The translations under genes and the position numbers were made by a program. From contig NW_008805072.1 in NCBI RefSeq assembly GCF_000004825.1, positions 684,435-748,434 on the forward strand: a stretch of DNA of 64,000 nucleotides, given 5' to 3'. This DNA is from Heterostelium pallidum. Lineage: Eukaryota. The notes under the pieces were generated by a model that saw only the letters and a program-made list of their open reading frames with translations, was not told where the DNA came from and ran no database searches. Below are positions 1 to 12,968 of this stretch, one piece after another (position 1 is the first letter of the stretch; each line of letters opens with the position of its first letter).

Positions 1-2824
1 CTCTCGGAACAACTTGGACAACGATACCTTGTGGATTGGAACATCATATGTGATAATTCCACCCAACTTTTCAACATGAACAGCATCTGGGAATATAGTT
101 CTAACAAATCTGGAATAATAATAGTGAATGAATGAATATTCAATTAGATTATTTGTTTCGATACTTGCTATTAATATTATTATTAATAACTAATTACTTA
201 CTGATGAATTCCATGTGAGTTTGATACATCGATTGGTTGAATATCCAAAGAGTATCCAGAACCATATTTGTGTTTGAGATGCATTGGTGTACCGAGACAC
301 TTGAGCTTACCGTTACTCATGATGGCAATACGATCGCAGAGGAAGTCGGCTTCATCCATGGAGTGAGTTGTCAAGATGATAGCTTTTCCTACTTTGAGCT
401 CGTTGATCAGTGCCCAGAGAGTTCGCTTGGAGACTGGATCCAATCCACTGGATGCCTCGTCGAGGAACACCACTCTGGGAGCACCGATCAAACTGCAGGC
501 AACACTCAACTTTCGCTTGGTACCACCAGACAACTCTTTCGATTTCTTCTCACGATGTTGTTCGATTTCAAACTTGTCGATGAAGTATTCGATCTGTGGT
601 TTCACTTGGCCCGATGGGAGACACTTGATCCAACAGTAGAACTTGAGGTGTTCCTCAACAGTTAGGTTATCGAATAGAATATCGAATTGTGGGCACGATC
701 CAACCGACTCGAAAGCATTCTCCTTATCATGGAGAATACTATATCCATTGATAGTTCCATCACCTGAATCAGGATTAAGAATACCAGTCATGATATTTAG
801 CAATGTTGTTTTACCAGCACTATATATTATTATTTATAGTTAGTTTTTAAACTCTTTTTAAACATTAATAATAATTAGTTTAACATTACCCATTATGACC
901 TAATAAACCAAAACATTCACCATTGTCAACACCAAACCAAACACCATCTACTGCGTATTTGATCTTTCTCTTTTTGACACCTGATTTGTCATCTGGCATA
1001 TCTTCAGTGAATTGCTTGAAGACACCGTCAACAGTGATCAATCTGTTGTGTCTATTTGAAGCGATGAGATCTCTCTCTGCAATGACATCGTCATCACCCG
1101 ATTTCTCAGATCTCATCTCAATATCTTTGATCTCTGCATGTCTTGGTCTACTACCAATCTTTTCAATTAAACTGTTTTGTTTTTATTAATAATTAAAAAA
1201 AAAAAACAAATGTTAATAAAACAAACAAATGACCATTAAATTAATATAACAAGCAATACATACTAGATAATAAACAAGTAAAGTATACCGGATAAACATT
1301 GAATTAAGATAGTTAAACCAATCTTTCCTTGGTTTCTAACGATTTGTGAAAGACCATTGTAGAGTGAATAAGATGGCAAGAAAGAGAGAATCAATTGAAC
1401 GGCAAGTGGTGTCTCACCCTGAATAGCAAACGTGAGAATAACAGATGGTAAAATAGCAAACAACGATGATATAGGATATAACCATTCTATATTTATAAAT
1501 TTGTAATTAATCGAAATAAATGTTGTTATCAGTATGCTGTTATTAGGATTGTTTAATAATATATTAACTACTTACTGTTGGCAGTCTCCTCTTTGGCAAA
1601 GAGAAACTGTAAGATGTAACCGAATGGAATAGAACTTAAACCGAAACAAAAGAATAGGAAGAACGATCCTGCATTGTTGTAGAATCCTGGTATGTGTGCA
1701 ATGGCGAGTGCAGCCCAACCGAGAATACATGGTACCAAGAACATACAAAAGTCAGCCAACAAATAACCACCCCAATACGCTTTACGTTGCAGTGAATTGA
1801 GATAGAGATGATTCTTAATTCCCTTTTCACGATCGATTACAATCAAGATTGCGAAATAAGGAATCAAGAATACATAACCGTATTGAAGTATGATTGGTCC
1901 AATCATAGGAAACAACTTTTCAACGTTACCAGTATCCAATGAATTTTGTGTTTCATAGATCTTAAGATCTAATCCTGTCAATAATTTATCTAAACAACAA
2001 CAACAATAACAATAACAACCAATAAAACAAATATTAATATAAGCATATTCGATAACTATAGTATAGATACATACAAACTGAAATATAGAAATTCTGAGTC
2101 AATGATGGAATAAAGTATGAACTGTTGAAATAGATGTTTTGTGTCAATGAAATATTGCCATCCGATTGTACAGTTTCATTGAATGAATATCCACCGATTT
2201 GATACATCAATGAATCATTCAATATGAGACTATACATCTCTTGTTGACTATCAAACTCTTGAAATTCAACATCAAATTGTTCTTTCATTGTCTTTACTAT
2301 AGAACTCTCTGTACCATTACCACTTGGTATGAGTGTTAAACTCAAATTACTATATAATTATATTAATATTTCATGTTAGAATAGTTTATAAAGTATCATT
2401 AAATATATATATATCGATCGATATCATACGTAAAAGGTGAAAAGACATTGGTTGTTAATGATGGATTTATATTAATAAGATAATTAAATATAATAGATAA
2501 TGCAATTGAAATTGCCTAGAATAAAAATAAGATTTTAATATGTTAATATATATATATATATATCGAATGTTTATAATATAAACTAACTAACTATCTTTGT
2601 AATAAATACATACAGGTAAGACTAAACCAATAAATAAGAATTTCTTATCTCTTTTCTAAAAACAAAAATTAAAATGATGCGAGTCAGAATTAATATTAAG
2701 ATGACATTCCGTCATAGGAGCTAGTAAATCATCTCCGATCAAACAAACTTACAGATAGTGATGCCTTTAACCATAGTACTGAAATAAACTGTTTGAAAAC
2801 AGATATTTTATTTTTTTCTACCAT
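1..2824 (-). CDS. ABC transporter, ABCA-type half transporter with one TMD and one NBD; CDS join(2753..2824,2614..2655,2430..2515,2075..2349,1576..1989,1264..1486,890..1171,202..819,<1..109); the 3' end continues past the window start
   Basis: Walker A GECFGLLGHNGAGKTT, ABC signature LSGGTKRKLSV, Walker B VVFLDEASSGLD, and the ABCA C-terminal motif IITYDVPIHKVSLSKLF. The N-terminus MVEKNKISVFKQFISVLWLKASLS is of ABCA type, followed by about six TM helices and a short (~90 aa) extracellular loop. The eight introns are 70-98 nt with GTAAGT, GTATGT, GTATGA or GTAATG donors and (T)n-AG acceptors; codon phase was checked at every junction. The first in-frame ATG follows an upstream stop. Confidence 0.85.
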
Positions 2825-3936
2825 GATTGTGATTTTCGTTTAAAAGAGATCTGCTTTAATATCTCGTGTGATAAAGCTCTCCTTTTTTTTTTTTTAAAAA
2901 AAATATGTATTTGTGCTTATACAAGAAATAAATATTAATATTAACTATAAAACATAAAAAAAGAGAACTAATACAAAAAAAGAAATATGATAATACAATA
3001 ACTTTTTAATGTATCAAATTGTTTATTATTAAATAAGATATTCAAAATAAAATATGTATTTAATATTTATTTTGATTGATTTGATCTATTTAGTTTAGTT
3101 TTATTGCAGATTGATTTTAATAACACACATGTAGCTGTATTTATAAAAAAATATATATTAATAGAAAATTAAATTAACAATCATATTAGACCACTTTTTT
3201 TTTAGACCCTGGTCAAAATTTGTGGTGTTAAATTGTTTTTCGATTCAATTATTTTTAAAAAAGGTGATATTTTTAAAGTCTTGGTTATTCAAGGTTTTTA
3301 AAAGCAATACTGTAAAATACCACTTTTATAACCCCTAATAGTCCGAAAGTTGATATCTGCTCAAAATGTATATCAATCCGAAGGAGATTTAATGTTTAAC
3401 CAGGTCAAACTCAATGGATTTGGAAACTCCACCATTATCACTACAATCAAAACTGTCAAGTTAAGTATTTTCAGATGAAATGTCTCTTTCTTGAACTTTA
3501 AAGTGATCAAACTCATACAATTAATTGCTATAACAAAAGTATGTCATGTCATTTAAATAATACTTTGTCTTGAGTTAAATTAACAATTCAATAAACAACG
3601 AATGTTGAATTTAACATGATGTTAATTTTATAACAAAGACTAAAGATCATCAAACTAAAGATATTAACTTTGTTGAGTCAAAAGATTATAAAATTGGGTA
3701 ACAAAACAAAAACACGATTAGAGTATACTTTTCTCAATTGATAATTTTCTCATTACGCTTGAAATCTAAATCAAGGGTCATAGATTTTGGTTTAAAAATA
3801 TAATAAACACAAACATTTTTTTAAACTAATGAATGTGTTTTTATTGTAAAGGAATCCACAGCTATCCAAATGATGACGCTAATCGATATTGAATCAATAT
3901 TGCCATTAATATGAACGATGAACAGAATTAAGTTGT

Positions 3937-4477
3937 TTATTTCTTGGAGGTCTTTCCCTTCTTTAATCTGTTCTTCTTCTCCTTTCTTTGCTTTCTGGAG
4001 GTTTGTGGTCTGGTGTAAAGTCCAACCTATAGTTTATTAATAGTAGGTAGTAAGGAGATAATGATTAGTATGGAAACAATAACTAAAATCTTTTGTTCTG
4101 TATTGAAACTTACTCTGGCAAGACGGTACTTTGGTTCGTACTTCTTGGCGAGTTCCAAGTTATCGTAGATCAAACCAAAACCAGTGGATTTACCACCACC
4201 GAAGTCAGTCTTCATACCAAAGACGTAGATGGTCTTGGCATCAGCGACCTTGTGGATCTTAGCAACAGCAGTGATCAAGTCGTTCTTTGAGACGTTGGCT
4301 TTACCTGGGTGAACAACATCAACAACCTATACATAATAATATGTTGTTTTTGTGTTAACACTAATCTTTAATCTTCTTCTTCTCTGTATCGCTTATACAT
4401 ACGAATTGTTTTCTGCTCAAAAGACGGTTTGACATAACCTTTCTGGTACGAACGACAACAGCTGATTTATCGGCCAT
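3937..4477 (-). CDS. rps24: 40S ribosomal protein S24 (eS24); CDS join(4403..4477,4114..4326,3937..4026)
   Basis: Translation reads [25 protein letters not shown] / [17 protein letters not shown]...[30 protein letters not shown] / [29 protein letters not shown]. It is collinear with human RPS24. Both introns are phase 0 with GTATGT and GTAAGT donors. Confidence 0.93.
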
Positions 4478-4884
4478 ATTTGCTATGTGTGTGATGAAGT
4501 GTAGGGAGAAGATAACAAATATATCAGTCGATTGATCTATACAAAGACAGTTTCACACTCTATACATACATTATAGGGAGGAATCCGGAAAAGGGTGAGT
4601 ACGAGGTATCAGATAAGTTTCTTCACAGTGGTGGTAGTCAGGCAGCTTGCACCACACCTCAGGTACAGTCGATTCTCGTGCCAAAAAAAAAATTAAATTG
4701 AATTTTATTATTTATTTTTCAAAAATTTCATCGTAGTTCGTAATTTACAAGAGTCTCAACAAATTTTGCATTCAATAAAGTCGTTGAATGACTGATTGAT
4801 TAATCATACGAAATTAATAATAATAATAATTTAAATACTACCAATTGTTGTTAATTATAAATATATTATATTAAGAATCAATCA

Positions 4885-5329
4885 ATGGCTATTGGTAATT
4901 CAAAATCAACAATTGACGATGGTGCAGATAAAGCATATCTTAGTATACCAGATTCAGAGGTCGTAGTACCAATTGCAATCGACTCTTTCCTGAGAAAGAA
5001 GTTGAAGGATCAAACATTAATAGATTGCGAAGACTCTGTAAAGGAGTTTGCAAAATGTACAGAAGATAAATTCCTTTCTGTCATTTGGGAATGTAAGGAA
5101 GCTCAACAAAAGATGAAAGATTGTCTACAGGCACAGTAAGTTATTATTAAAGATAAAAACAATGATGAAAGACGAACGTTATCGATCAATACTAATATCA
5201 TTTGTTTAATTTACATGTAAACACAGCACAACACCAGAGAGATTAATGGAATTAAAGAGAGAATGGATCAACCAAAAGAAAAAGATTTTATATGAAAAGA
5301 AAATGAGAGATGAACAACTTAACAAATAA
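4885..5329 (+). CDS. COX assembly mitochondrial protein, CMC1-like twin-Cx9C protein; CDS join(4885..5135,5227..5329)
   Basis: Two CX9C motifs (C-EDSVKEFAK-C and C-KEAQQKMKD-C). The ATG sits in an AAUCAAUGG context. There is a GTAAGT donor at 5136 and an ACACAG acceptor at 5226. The second exon encodes a basic, helical tail ELKREWINQKKKILYEKKMRDEQLNK. Confidence 0.75.
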
Positions 5330-5882
5330 TAATATAATAATAATAATAATAATTAACAACGAAGGATAGATATAGGTATTATTTTATTTGTAAATAAAAC
5401 AATCAAACAAAAAAAAAAAATAAGAAGAACTTGTTCAGTTTTAAATTTTATCATGTTTTTTTACATTTTTATTTGTTTTTTTTAGTTTTTTTCTATCTTG
5501 TTATTTTGTAACATATTTGTTTGATGGAGTGGAACGAGTAGATGTAGATGTAGTTGGATGGATGGAGTGGATTGTTGAATAGTAGTGATCGTCAATAAGA
5601 TCCTTTTATGATTGCAGATCTTATATTTATTATAAGATATAAATAAAAAATAAAAGTAAAAAAAAAAAAAAGATTATATTAAAAAAAAAGTATCCAAGGA
5701 TTATATAAATTACACAGTCAGAACCTATTTCTAATGTTGTTCCTTTGGTAAAATCGAGTTGTAGCTGATTATAATAAAAATAAAAATAAAAAAAATAATA
5801 TTCAGCTTGTACATATATGTAATGTTGGTTGAGTGTTGTATATTCTAGATGTTTGATGTTATTGTTGAGTGACGTAGTGAGT

Positions 5883-7128
5883 TTAATTGATAGCAGGAGT
5901 GCTAACGGTGCTGTTGCTTCCTTTCTTTTCTTTTTCGGCAGGGGGAGCAGTCACTTGTTTTTTGTATGTGGTAAGCACTGGATAAATATTTTCAAATGCT
6001 TCATAGATTTCTTCTCTGACCTAAAATAATAATATTAATATTCTATTTTTCTGTTTCTGTTTTCTTGTAAGTTGTAATTATGATAGTTACCTTTGCACCA
6101 GTCAATACAATCTTGCCCGATACGAAAATCAAAAGTACTACTTTGGGTTGAATCATTTTGTAAATTAAACCTGGGAAAATTTCTGGCTCATACTGTGGTG
6201 GTGTTATGATTTTTGTGATTATTATTATTTTTAAAGAAATGGATGATTATTATTTGGTGTGCATTTTAATAGAATATTATTTTAGTTTAATAAATAACAA
6301 GAGAGTAATGAGAATTATTAAAAGATAAAATAGAAAAATAAAAAATAAATAGTTTTTTGTTAGTTATATTATTATTTAGATTAAAAATATATGGAAATAG
6401 AGAGTGTGATAATTACATTTGTAAAAGAATTGTGAGTATTATTTAACATTTCTAATTTAATTGGGAATTTAACATCACAGGAACCAACGATGTTTTGAAT
6501 CTTAAAGTCGGTAAACTGTGCTGGGAAATCTAGCTTTTGAATGATTCTAGCGTATTTTCTTGCGGCAAGCTTGGAAGCTTCCTCTGACTTGGCACCGGTG
6601 CAGACCATCTTTCCACTCTTGAAAATGAGGGCAGTGGTCTTTGGTTCTCTGATACGCATGATAACCGCTGCAAAACGCTTTGGATTGTACTCTGCATTTC
6701 TAGCACCCAAAGCAATAGTCTTTAGATCCAACTGAGTACCCATATTAACGGTTGACACAATATTCCTACAAACAAAAATAAAAAAAGTAAATAAATAAAT
6801 AAAAAAAAGAAAATTAATTGTAAATATAATAAAATTCTCTCATAACAGAACAATAATTAATTTGATCTTAATTTTACTACACATATATATATATTGTTAT
6901 ATTTTTACAATATATATATTGTTATTATTTTTTTTTTTTTATTATATGATTGTATATTATAGTTTTTTTTTTATTATTTTATATTATTTATTTTATAATG
7001 TATGAATAGTATAGTGTATTGGAATCGATCTCTTACTGTAATACAGGTACAATACCAGAAGGGTGTTTTGATAGATCAACTTGAGTTGATGGTCCAGAAG
7101 ATGTGGAAGCAGCAAGATTTGAACTCAT
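5883..7128 (-). CDS. tbp: TATA-box-binding protein; CDS join(7037..7128,6417..6765,6091..6192,5883..6020)
   Basis: Both TBP direct repeats are present: [62 protein letters not shown] and [19 protein letters not shown]...[50 protein letters not shown]. The introns are 271, 224 and 70 nt, all with canonical GT/AG ends. Confidence 0.9.
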
Positions 7129-8097
7129 GTTTTTATATAATTATTTAGAAAGATTGAAATGAAAGAAAGAGAAGTGTATGATAAAAGGTGAGAATTTAAT
7201 TAAAAGATTTAATATAAATGTGTGTAGTCGACCTCTAAATAATAAATAGAAGTAGTTTTCAATTTTAAATCAAGCAGTAACAAAAAATATAGATATAGAT
7301 AAAATATGTTTTACTATTATTTAACAACTTAATATAGATAATAATAAGATTTTATATTTACAAACAATAACACAACAATAATAACAAGTTGTTTACTCAA
7401 AAGAAAAAAAATAAATAAAAGATCTTTAATTATTTGTTAACAAGTATCTTTGATTAAAAAAAAATTAAAAAATAAAAAAGTAAAAAAAAGAAAGACAGAT
7501 GTCTTTGTTAATTTATTAGTTATATATATTTAAAAATTATGTTCTCTAAAAATAGAATAGAGAAAATAATAGAAAATATATAAAAGAAATAAATAGTGTA
7601 TATAAATTGAATATATTATAGTTTGTTAGGTTAAATAATTAACTAACAACTGGTCGAATAATAGGTAGAGATAACAAAAACTATAGTTATAGTATATGTT
7701 AATGGTAGTTGGATTTTTGGTGAAATGAATTGAAAAAAGGAGAGAGAACGTGCGTGGGTGACCTGTTGAGTATTTATATTTTTGAGAAAAAATAAAAAAT
7801 AATTAAAAAATAAATATTGAAAATCGAAATAAAATTAAAAACAATTGTTTGTTTTTACAACCGTTGATGGTGAAAAAATTAAATATTCAAATTTTTACAA
7901 TTTGGAAGTTCACACCTCAATATCAATACAAATAAGCTTAAAAGAGATCTGTTTAAAGTTGTAGTTATACAATGTCACCTATTTAATGTTATTTTGAATA
8001 AGAATTGTTGTTTTGTTTTTCAAAAGTTGTGTAAATTATTATTATTATTGTCGTCGTTATCATATTGTTTGTATTGAGTTGTTAGTTCTTTCTTGAT

Positions 8098-9024
8098 CTA
8101 CTTCTCCAAGAAGAGTACAAAGTTGGTCAATGAGTTGATTTGATGATTTGCTGATTTAACTTGGTGTTCCTTTGCTTTGGTTGGAACTGGCTTCAATGAT
8201 TCAGAGCTTGTATCTTTTGTCCATCCTTGTGCTTGTGTAACTGTTATTTGTTTATGATGTAAAAAGTTAGATCTTTGTTTCAACTTACATAAACATATTA
8301 TTATTATTATCAGCATACATACAGGTGAGAGTATCCTCTGGTGAAATACCTAAATAGGAGCTACAATCTTTAATAGAGATATTGGTGAATGAATTTGAGA
8401 TCAATTCGAATGTACGATTTTGGAATGTTTCTAAGAAAAATAAAATGTGATTGGTTAGTCATTTGTTTTGTTGGTGGATGATCAGATTCATCGATCGATA
8501 GAATACCTTTAAGTATAGTGATGAGTGGTGTGAGTTCAGAACCATAGTTTAATGAAAGTGATTTATAGATGTGTGGATAGTTCAATTGTGACAGATGTTT
8601 CAAAAGTGACCAAATACTCTTCAAATGTTGATCAGCACCTTTAACTTCTGATGGTATTCTGTGCCATAAAAATCTAGCATTTACACTGTGTTTGATAGTT
8701 GATAGTTGATATTAATATTAGTTATTGAATCTTTAAAATAGAGAGAGAGAGAAAGAGGCAAGAAGTAAAGTAACCACATACATATCATTTTGAATCAAAT
8801 AAGCAATCAAATAAACACCCCAATATTTCTTAAAACTATCTGGTTTATCAAGAGACTGTTATCATTGTTTTTTTATTGTTGGTTAGTATAATTAGATGAA
8901 TCCTAATCACAATCAATTGTTTATATATTAATCATACTTTTAATTCTCTTTCTTGACACCATGATAAAACATTCAAGAAATCTCTTTCATCGATATATTT
9001 TTGAATCTCTGGGAATGATGACAT
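8098..9024 (-). CDS. csn8: COP9 signalosome subunit 8 (CSN8, PCI domain); CDS join(8938..9024,8782..8855,8507..8685,8323..8430,8098..8240)
   Basis: Collinear with human COPS8: LSWCQEREL ~ LLDQCENQEL; YWGVYLIAYLIQNDI-VNARFLWHRIPSEVKGADQHLKSIWS ~ [37 protein letters not shown]; C-terminus QINSLTNFVLFLEK ~ QLARLTDYVAFLEN. The four introns have GTATGA, GTATGT, GTATTC and GTATGT donors and phases are consistent. Confidence 0.8.
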
Positions 9025-9293
9025 TTTCAATTCTCTTTATAAACTATATTAATGATATATATAAATGATAAATAGTTAGATAGATATGATACAAAAATTG
9101 AACTATGATTATTTTTGATTAAAATTTTTTTTTGATTTTATTAAACTTTTTAATTAAAAATTTTTAAGAAAAAAATATAAAAAAAAGTTTTTATTAATTT
9201 TAAAGAAAAAAAAAAGATAAATAAAGGTTTCAAAGTTTAAATATAGATATTAATTTAATAGTACAATTATATTATATATAGTTGAAAAATTGA

Positions 9294-9359
9294 TTAGATA
9301 TCATAATCATCATCACCTTTGCACTTTTCATTTGATTGAGGTTGTTGTTGTGCTTGTGG

Positions 9360-9396
<37 letters not shown>

Positions 9397-10673
9397 GGTT
9401 GATATGGTTGTTGTTGTTGATATGATTGTACTTGTGGTTGCTGTGGCTCTACTTCACCAAACATTAAACGAATCGAAAAATCATTGGGATATTGGTTGTT
9501 CTTGAGATTGGCATTGGAGTCGTCGAGTTGATCTTTGTTCAAGTCCAAACAAAAGTTGTTGATAAACGAGGTGTGGAATGCGAATCTAAAGGTTGGCTTA
9601 TCGAGTAGTGTCGAGATGATCTCGTTCAGGTCGTACACCTTGATGAGAATGTCACCACTCACAATGATGTCACGCGTGTTGACCATGGCAGCGGCATCGC
9701 TGCCATTGTAGGACTTGATGTTTTGCACGTTGCTGTCTCTGTTGGTGAACAACAACACCGGTTGCAATGGCAGATTGACATTGTAGATATCGACGACTGG
9801 CTTCCAACCGGATTGTCTGGGAATTGGCTTCATTATAAGCGAGCGAATCGAAAGTACCTTTGGTTTCTGTGCCAGCGAGATATCCACCTTCATAGTCGAC
9901 AACTGGTTGACATAGTCGACGTATCTCACCTGGCTGGGAACGGTTACACCCTCGCCAGTTGAGGAACGTTGCTGAGCAAACAATCGCAATACTTCGTCCA
10001 ACTTTCCTTCATACATAATAGTCGATACTAAGTATGCACAAATTAAAGTACCAGTTCTACCTCTTCCAGCCTTTTATTGATATGATAGATAGTGTTAGTT
10101 TAATATCGGTTGGGGTATGTATGTTGTTGTTGTTGTTGTGTTACACTTACAGCACAATGAATTGCAACGATGTTTTGTGGATCTTGAGTTAACCATTGAT
10201 GAATGATTTGTACGGAGTACAGAAGAAGACTTAGACTTGGTGAGTGATGATCTAGCCAACCAAGATGGTGAACTCGGTTAGAGAAGTAAGCTGGATCGTA
10301 TGGATGTTCTGTAAGATTGAGAATCAAGTATTTATCGGGATGATATTTATCCAAGAATCTTTTGACATCTGCTCTTGAGTTTCTGAAATTGGATTCGATA
10401 ACATCTGACGATGGATATCCCATTGCTATTATTCAATTGTATTAATTGTTTAGTATTACAAACATTAGCTTGATGCCGATTAAATTAAAAGTTACCTATG
10501 ATTCTATTTGTAATATACGATAGATCTAGATTGAATTCATCATTGACGAATCTATTTTTGTCTTTTGAAACAGCAGTTCTTAGTTTAAGCACGACATTAT
10601 TGACAGACTTTGTCAGACTCTTCTCTAAGAAACTTCCAAACTCTGAGGTTGATTCATTGAAACCTTCAAACAT
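9294..10673 (-). CDS. PTEN-family lipid/protein phosphatase (PTP domain plus C2 domain) with a C-terminal poly-Q tail; CDS join(10496..10673,10151..10425,9294..10070)
   Basis: N-terminal NLDLSYITNRIIA-MGYPS matches the PTEN N-terminal motif. The catalytic P-loop spans the second intron as HCA|AGRGRTG. A TI-loop/C2 region (VTVPSQVRYVDYV...) collinear with PTEN follows. The tail is Q-rich and (CAA)n-encoded. Donors are GTAACT and GTAAGT. Confidence 0.85.
9321..9440. repeat. (TTG)n/(CAA)n microsatellite encoding poly-Q in the PTEN-like gene. Similar arrays are at 58200-58300, 62940-63060 and 14160-14220
   Basis: Uninterrupted gttgttgttgttgttg runs. Confidence 0.9.
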
Positions 10674-11567
10674 TCTGTATTACTATGTTATTATTACTAT
10701 TAAAATTTGATGTATATATATAAAGAGGTGAATCTAATGTTTTGATTTTAATTAATATTTTAATTAACTAACTGGTCTAACGGTTTTTTTTTTTTTAAAA
10801 GATTAATTTTTTTGATATTAAATTCCGACAGTTGAATTAATAACTTTACTTTACTTGAAAAATGATTATTATTTTGTATTATATATTTAGTATTTATACA
10901 AGATGATTAAAGAGTAAAATTGGTTTGTTTGAGTCGTGTTCTACTTTTGGTTATTGCAATGTCAGTCTTTTTAATTATTAAATTAAAAAAAAAAAACACA
11001 GCATTCCCGATTTTCTAGAAATGTTGTGGAGTATTGTTTTTTTTTCAGTGCTATTTGTTTGTTTTGGTCCAAAAATAATACAGACTTTAAATAATTCAGG
11101 TTAATTAATTCTTTGAGATATTTTTATAACTTAAATTAATTTTTATTTCTAAATTGTTTATTAACTAAAAAAAATATTATTTACATTTATTTTTAAAATT
11201 TTTTATCATAGTAAAGAATTTAATAATGATTCTCTCTCATTGTTATAATTTTTTAAATAAATAATTATGTCCAATCCCAATATTGTTTTAATACAATAAA
11301 AAATATAATAAAAGATTGATCTATTTTTTAAAAATACAAAAAAAAAAAAAAAAAAAAAAAAAAGTTTTTTTTGAGAAACCAAAATTGCATTAAAGAAAAA
11401 AAAAATAAGAGAGATAAATAAATAGATAACAAAAGAAAATAGAATAATATTAATAGATCGAATAATTTTATATTATAAAATAAATAGTAAAAGATATATA
11501 TAGAATAATAGTCATATTATTATTTGTTGAGCTATTTTTTTTAATAAATTTTTATATTTTTTCAAAA

Positions 11568-12968
11568 ATGAAAATCAGACTCCATAATTATATCAATAGT
11601 TTAGATTTCAATAGTTATCAAAAAGAATATGAAAGACAAAAGAATGATACAACACCATTCGAAATACCACCAGATGACTTGTTTTCATCGCAATCTCTAA
11701 ATTTAAAAGATAAATTGTCGTCGTCGAAAAGAGACAAACCTCAACTGCAGAGTCAGAGTTCGGCAAAGGATTTGCTATCGATGTCCGGTGCATCGTCGGC
11801 CAATTCATCGTATCCGTCGACACCCAACAGTAAGGAGCGATCTCCTTTCACCACACCCAACCTAAAAAGCAGTAATGCAACGACATCGCCAACTGTCAAT
11901 GGCTTGCCTTGGAATCAAGAGTTGCTTTCGATGCCACTGCAAGCACCTCCACCCGCCAGACGTGGACCTGGTCGTCCAAAGAAAGAGTATCTCGAGCAAC
12001 AACGACTCTATGACGAGCAACAAGCAATGATTGCACACATTAAAGCTAGTCCAATCATGCATGAATCATTGAAAATGTCTATTCCTGCGCTTGCTGCCAT
12101 CTCCTCTGGCTCAAGAGAAGACGGTCAAAGTCAACACTCACCACCTTCAAAGAAACCATCGCCAAGAAAGAAGAAATACGATGACGATGACGATGACGAA
12201 GAGGATGACGACGACGACGATGACGAGGAAGACGATGTCGATGAAGAGAGAGAAGATGGCGAGGACGAAGGTGAATCCGGAAAAGAAGAAGACGACGATA
12301 TCGATGAGGATGGTGAGAGTGGTGACGATAGCGGTGAAGAAGATGGATCAACCAAGCCAACACCGCCAGCAAAGAAAAGAAGAGGTAGACCACCTAGAGT
12401 CTACAGGGTTAAGAGAGTACACCAAGACGGTAGTGAATCGGATTCAGAGGAGGATTCAGAGGAATATGATAACGAGTCGGAGGATGACGATGATTTCGAT
12501 AGTGATGAAGATAAATCAAAGAAATCAAATAACAACAACAATAATAAGAGAAAGCGTGAAATACCAAAGAGTGTTGCGACATCTGTGAATTCGGCGCCAA
12601 AGAGTCAACCACCAATACCGGCAACAGCACCTTCAAAGTCACCTGCAATGACACCGACTCCACCAATCACTACAACTACCACTACAAGAAGAGCGGCAGC
12701 AGCAGCAGCAGCGGCAGCAGCAACAGGTACCACCACACCAGCCGTCACACCACAGAAAGAGACAGCGGTCACCCCAAATAACAAACAACAAAACAACTCA
12801 AAAGAAACACCAAACAAAAAAGAAACAAACAATGAAAAGACAGAAGTAGTTGAAGAAGATTCAACTATGAATTCACCCGATAAACAAGATGTTACTGTAA
12901 TTGAAAAGAGAAAAGTTGGTAGACCACGTAAATATCCAAGACCAAATGAAGAAACACCAACTAAATAA
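11568..12968 (+). CDS. AT-hook motif nuclear protein with long acidic D/E tracts; single exon
   Basis: Three AT-hooks (RRGPGRPKK, KRRGRPPR, KVGRPRKYPRP) and several poly-D/E stretches. AAAAUGA start context and TAA stop. The ORF is continuous with no in-frame splice signals needed. Confidence 0.7.
   Translation: MKIRLHNYINSLDFNSYQKEYERQKNDTTPFEIPPDDLFSSQSLNLKDKLSSSKRDKPQLQSQSSAKDLLSMSGASSANSSYPSTPNSKERSPFTTPNLKSSNATTSPTVNGLPWNQELLSMPLQAPPPARRGPGRPKKEYLEQQRLYDEQQAMIAHIKASPIMHESLKMSIPALAAISSGSREDGQSQHSPPSKKPSPRKKKYDDDDDDEEDDDDDDDEEDDVDEEREDGEDEGESGKEEDDDIDEDGESGDDSGEEDGSTKPTPPAKKRRGRPPRVYRVKRVHQDGSESDSEEDSEEYDNESEDDDDFDSDEDKSKKSNNNNNNKRKREIPKSVATSVNSAPKSQPPIPATAPSKSPAMTPTPPITTTTTTRRAAAAAAAAAATGTTTPAVTPQKETAVTPNNKQQNNSKETPNKKETNNEKTEVVEEDSTMNSPDKQDVTVIEKRKVGRPRKYPRPNEETPTK

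Noticed and set aside
5829-6029. 66-aa + strand ORF
   Set aside because: It is antisense to the last TBP exon (5883..6020).
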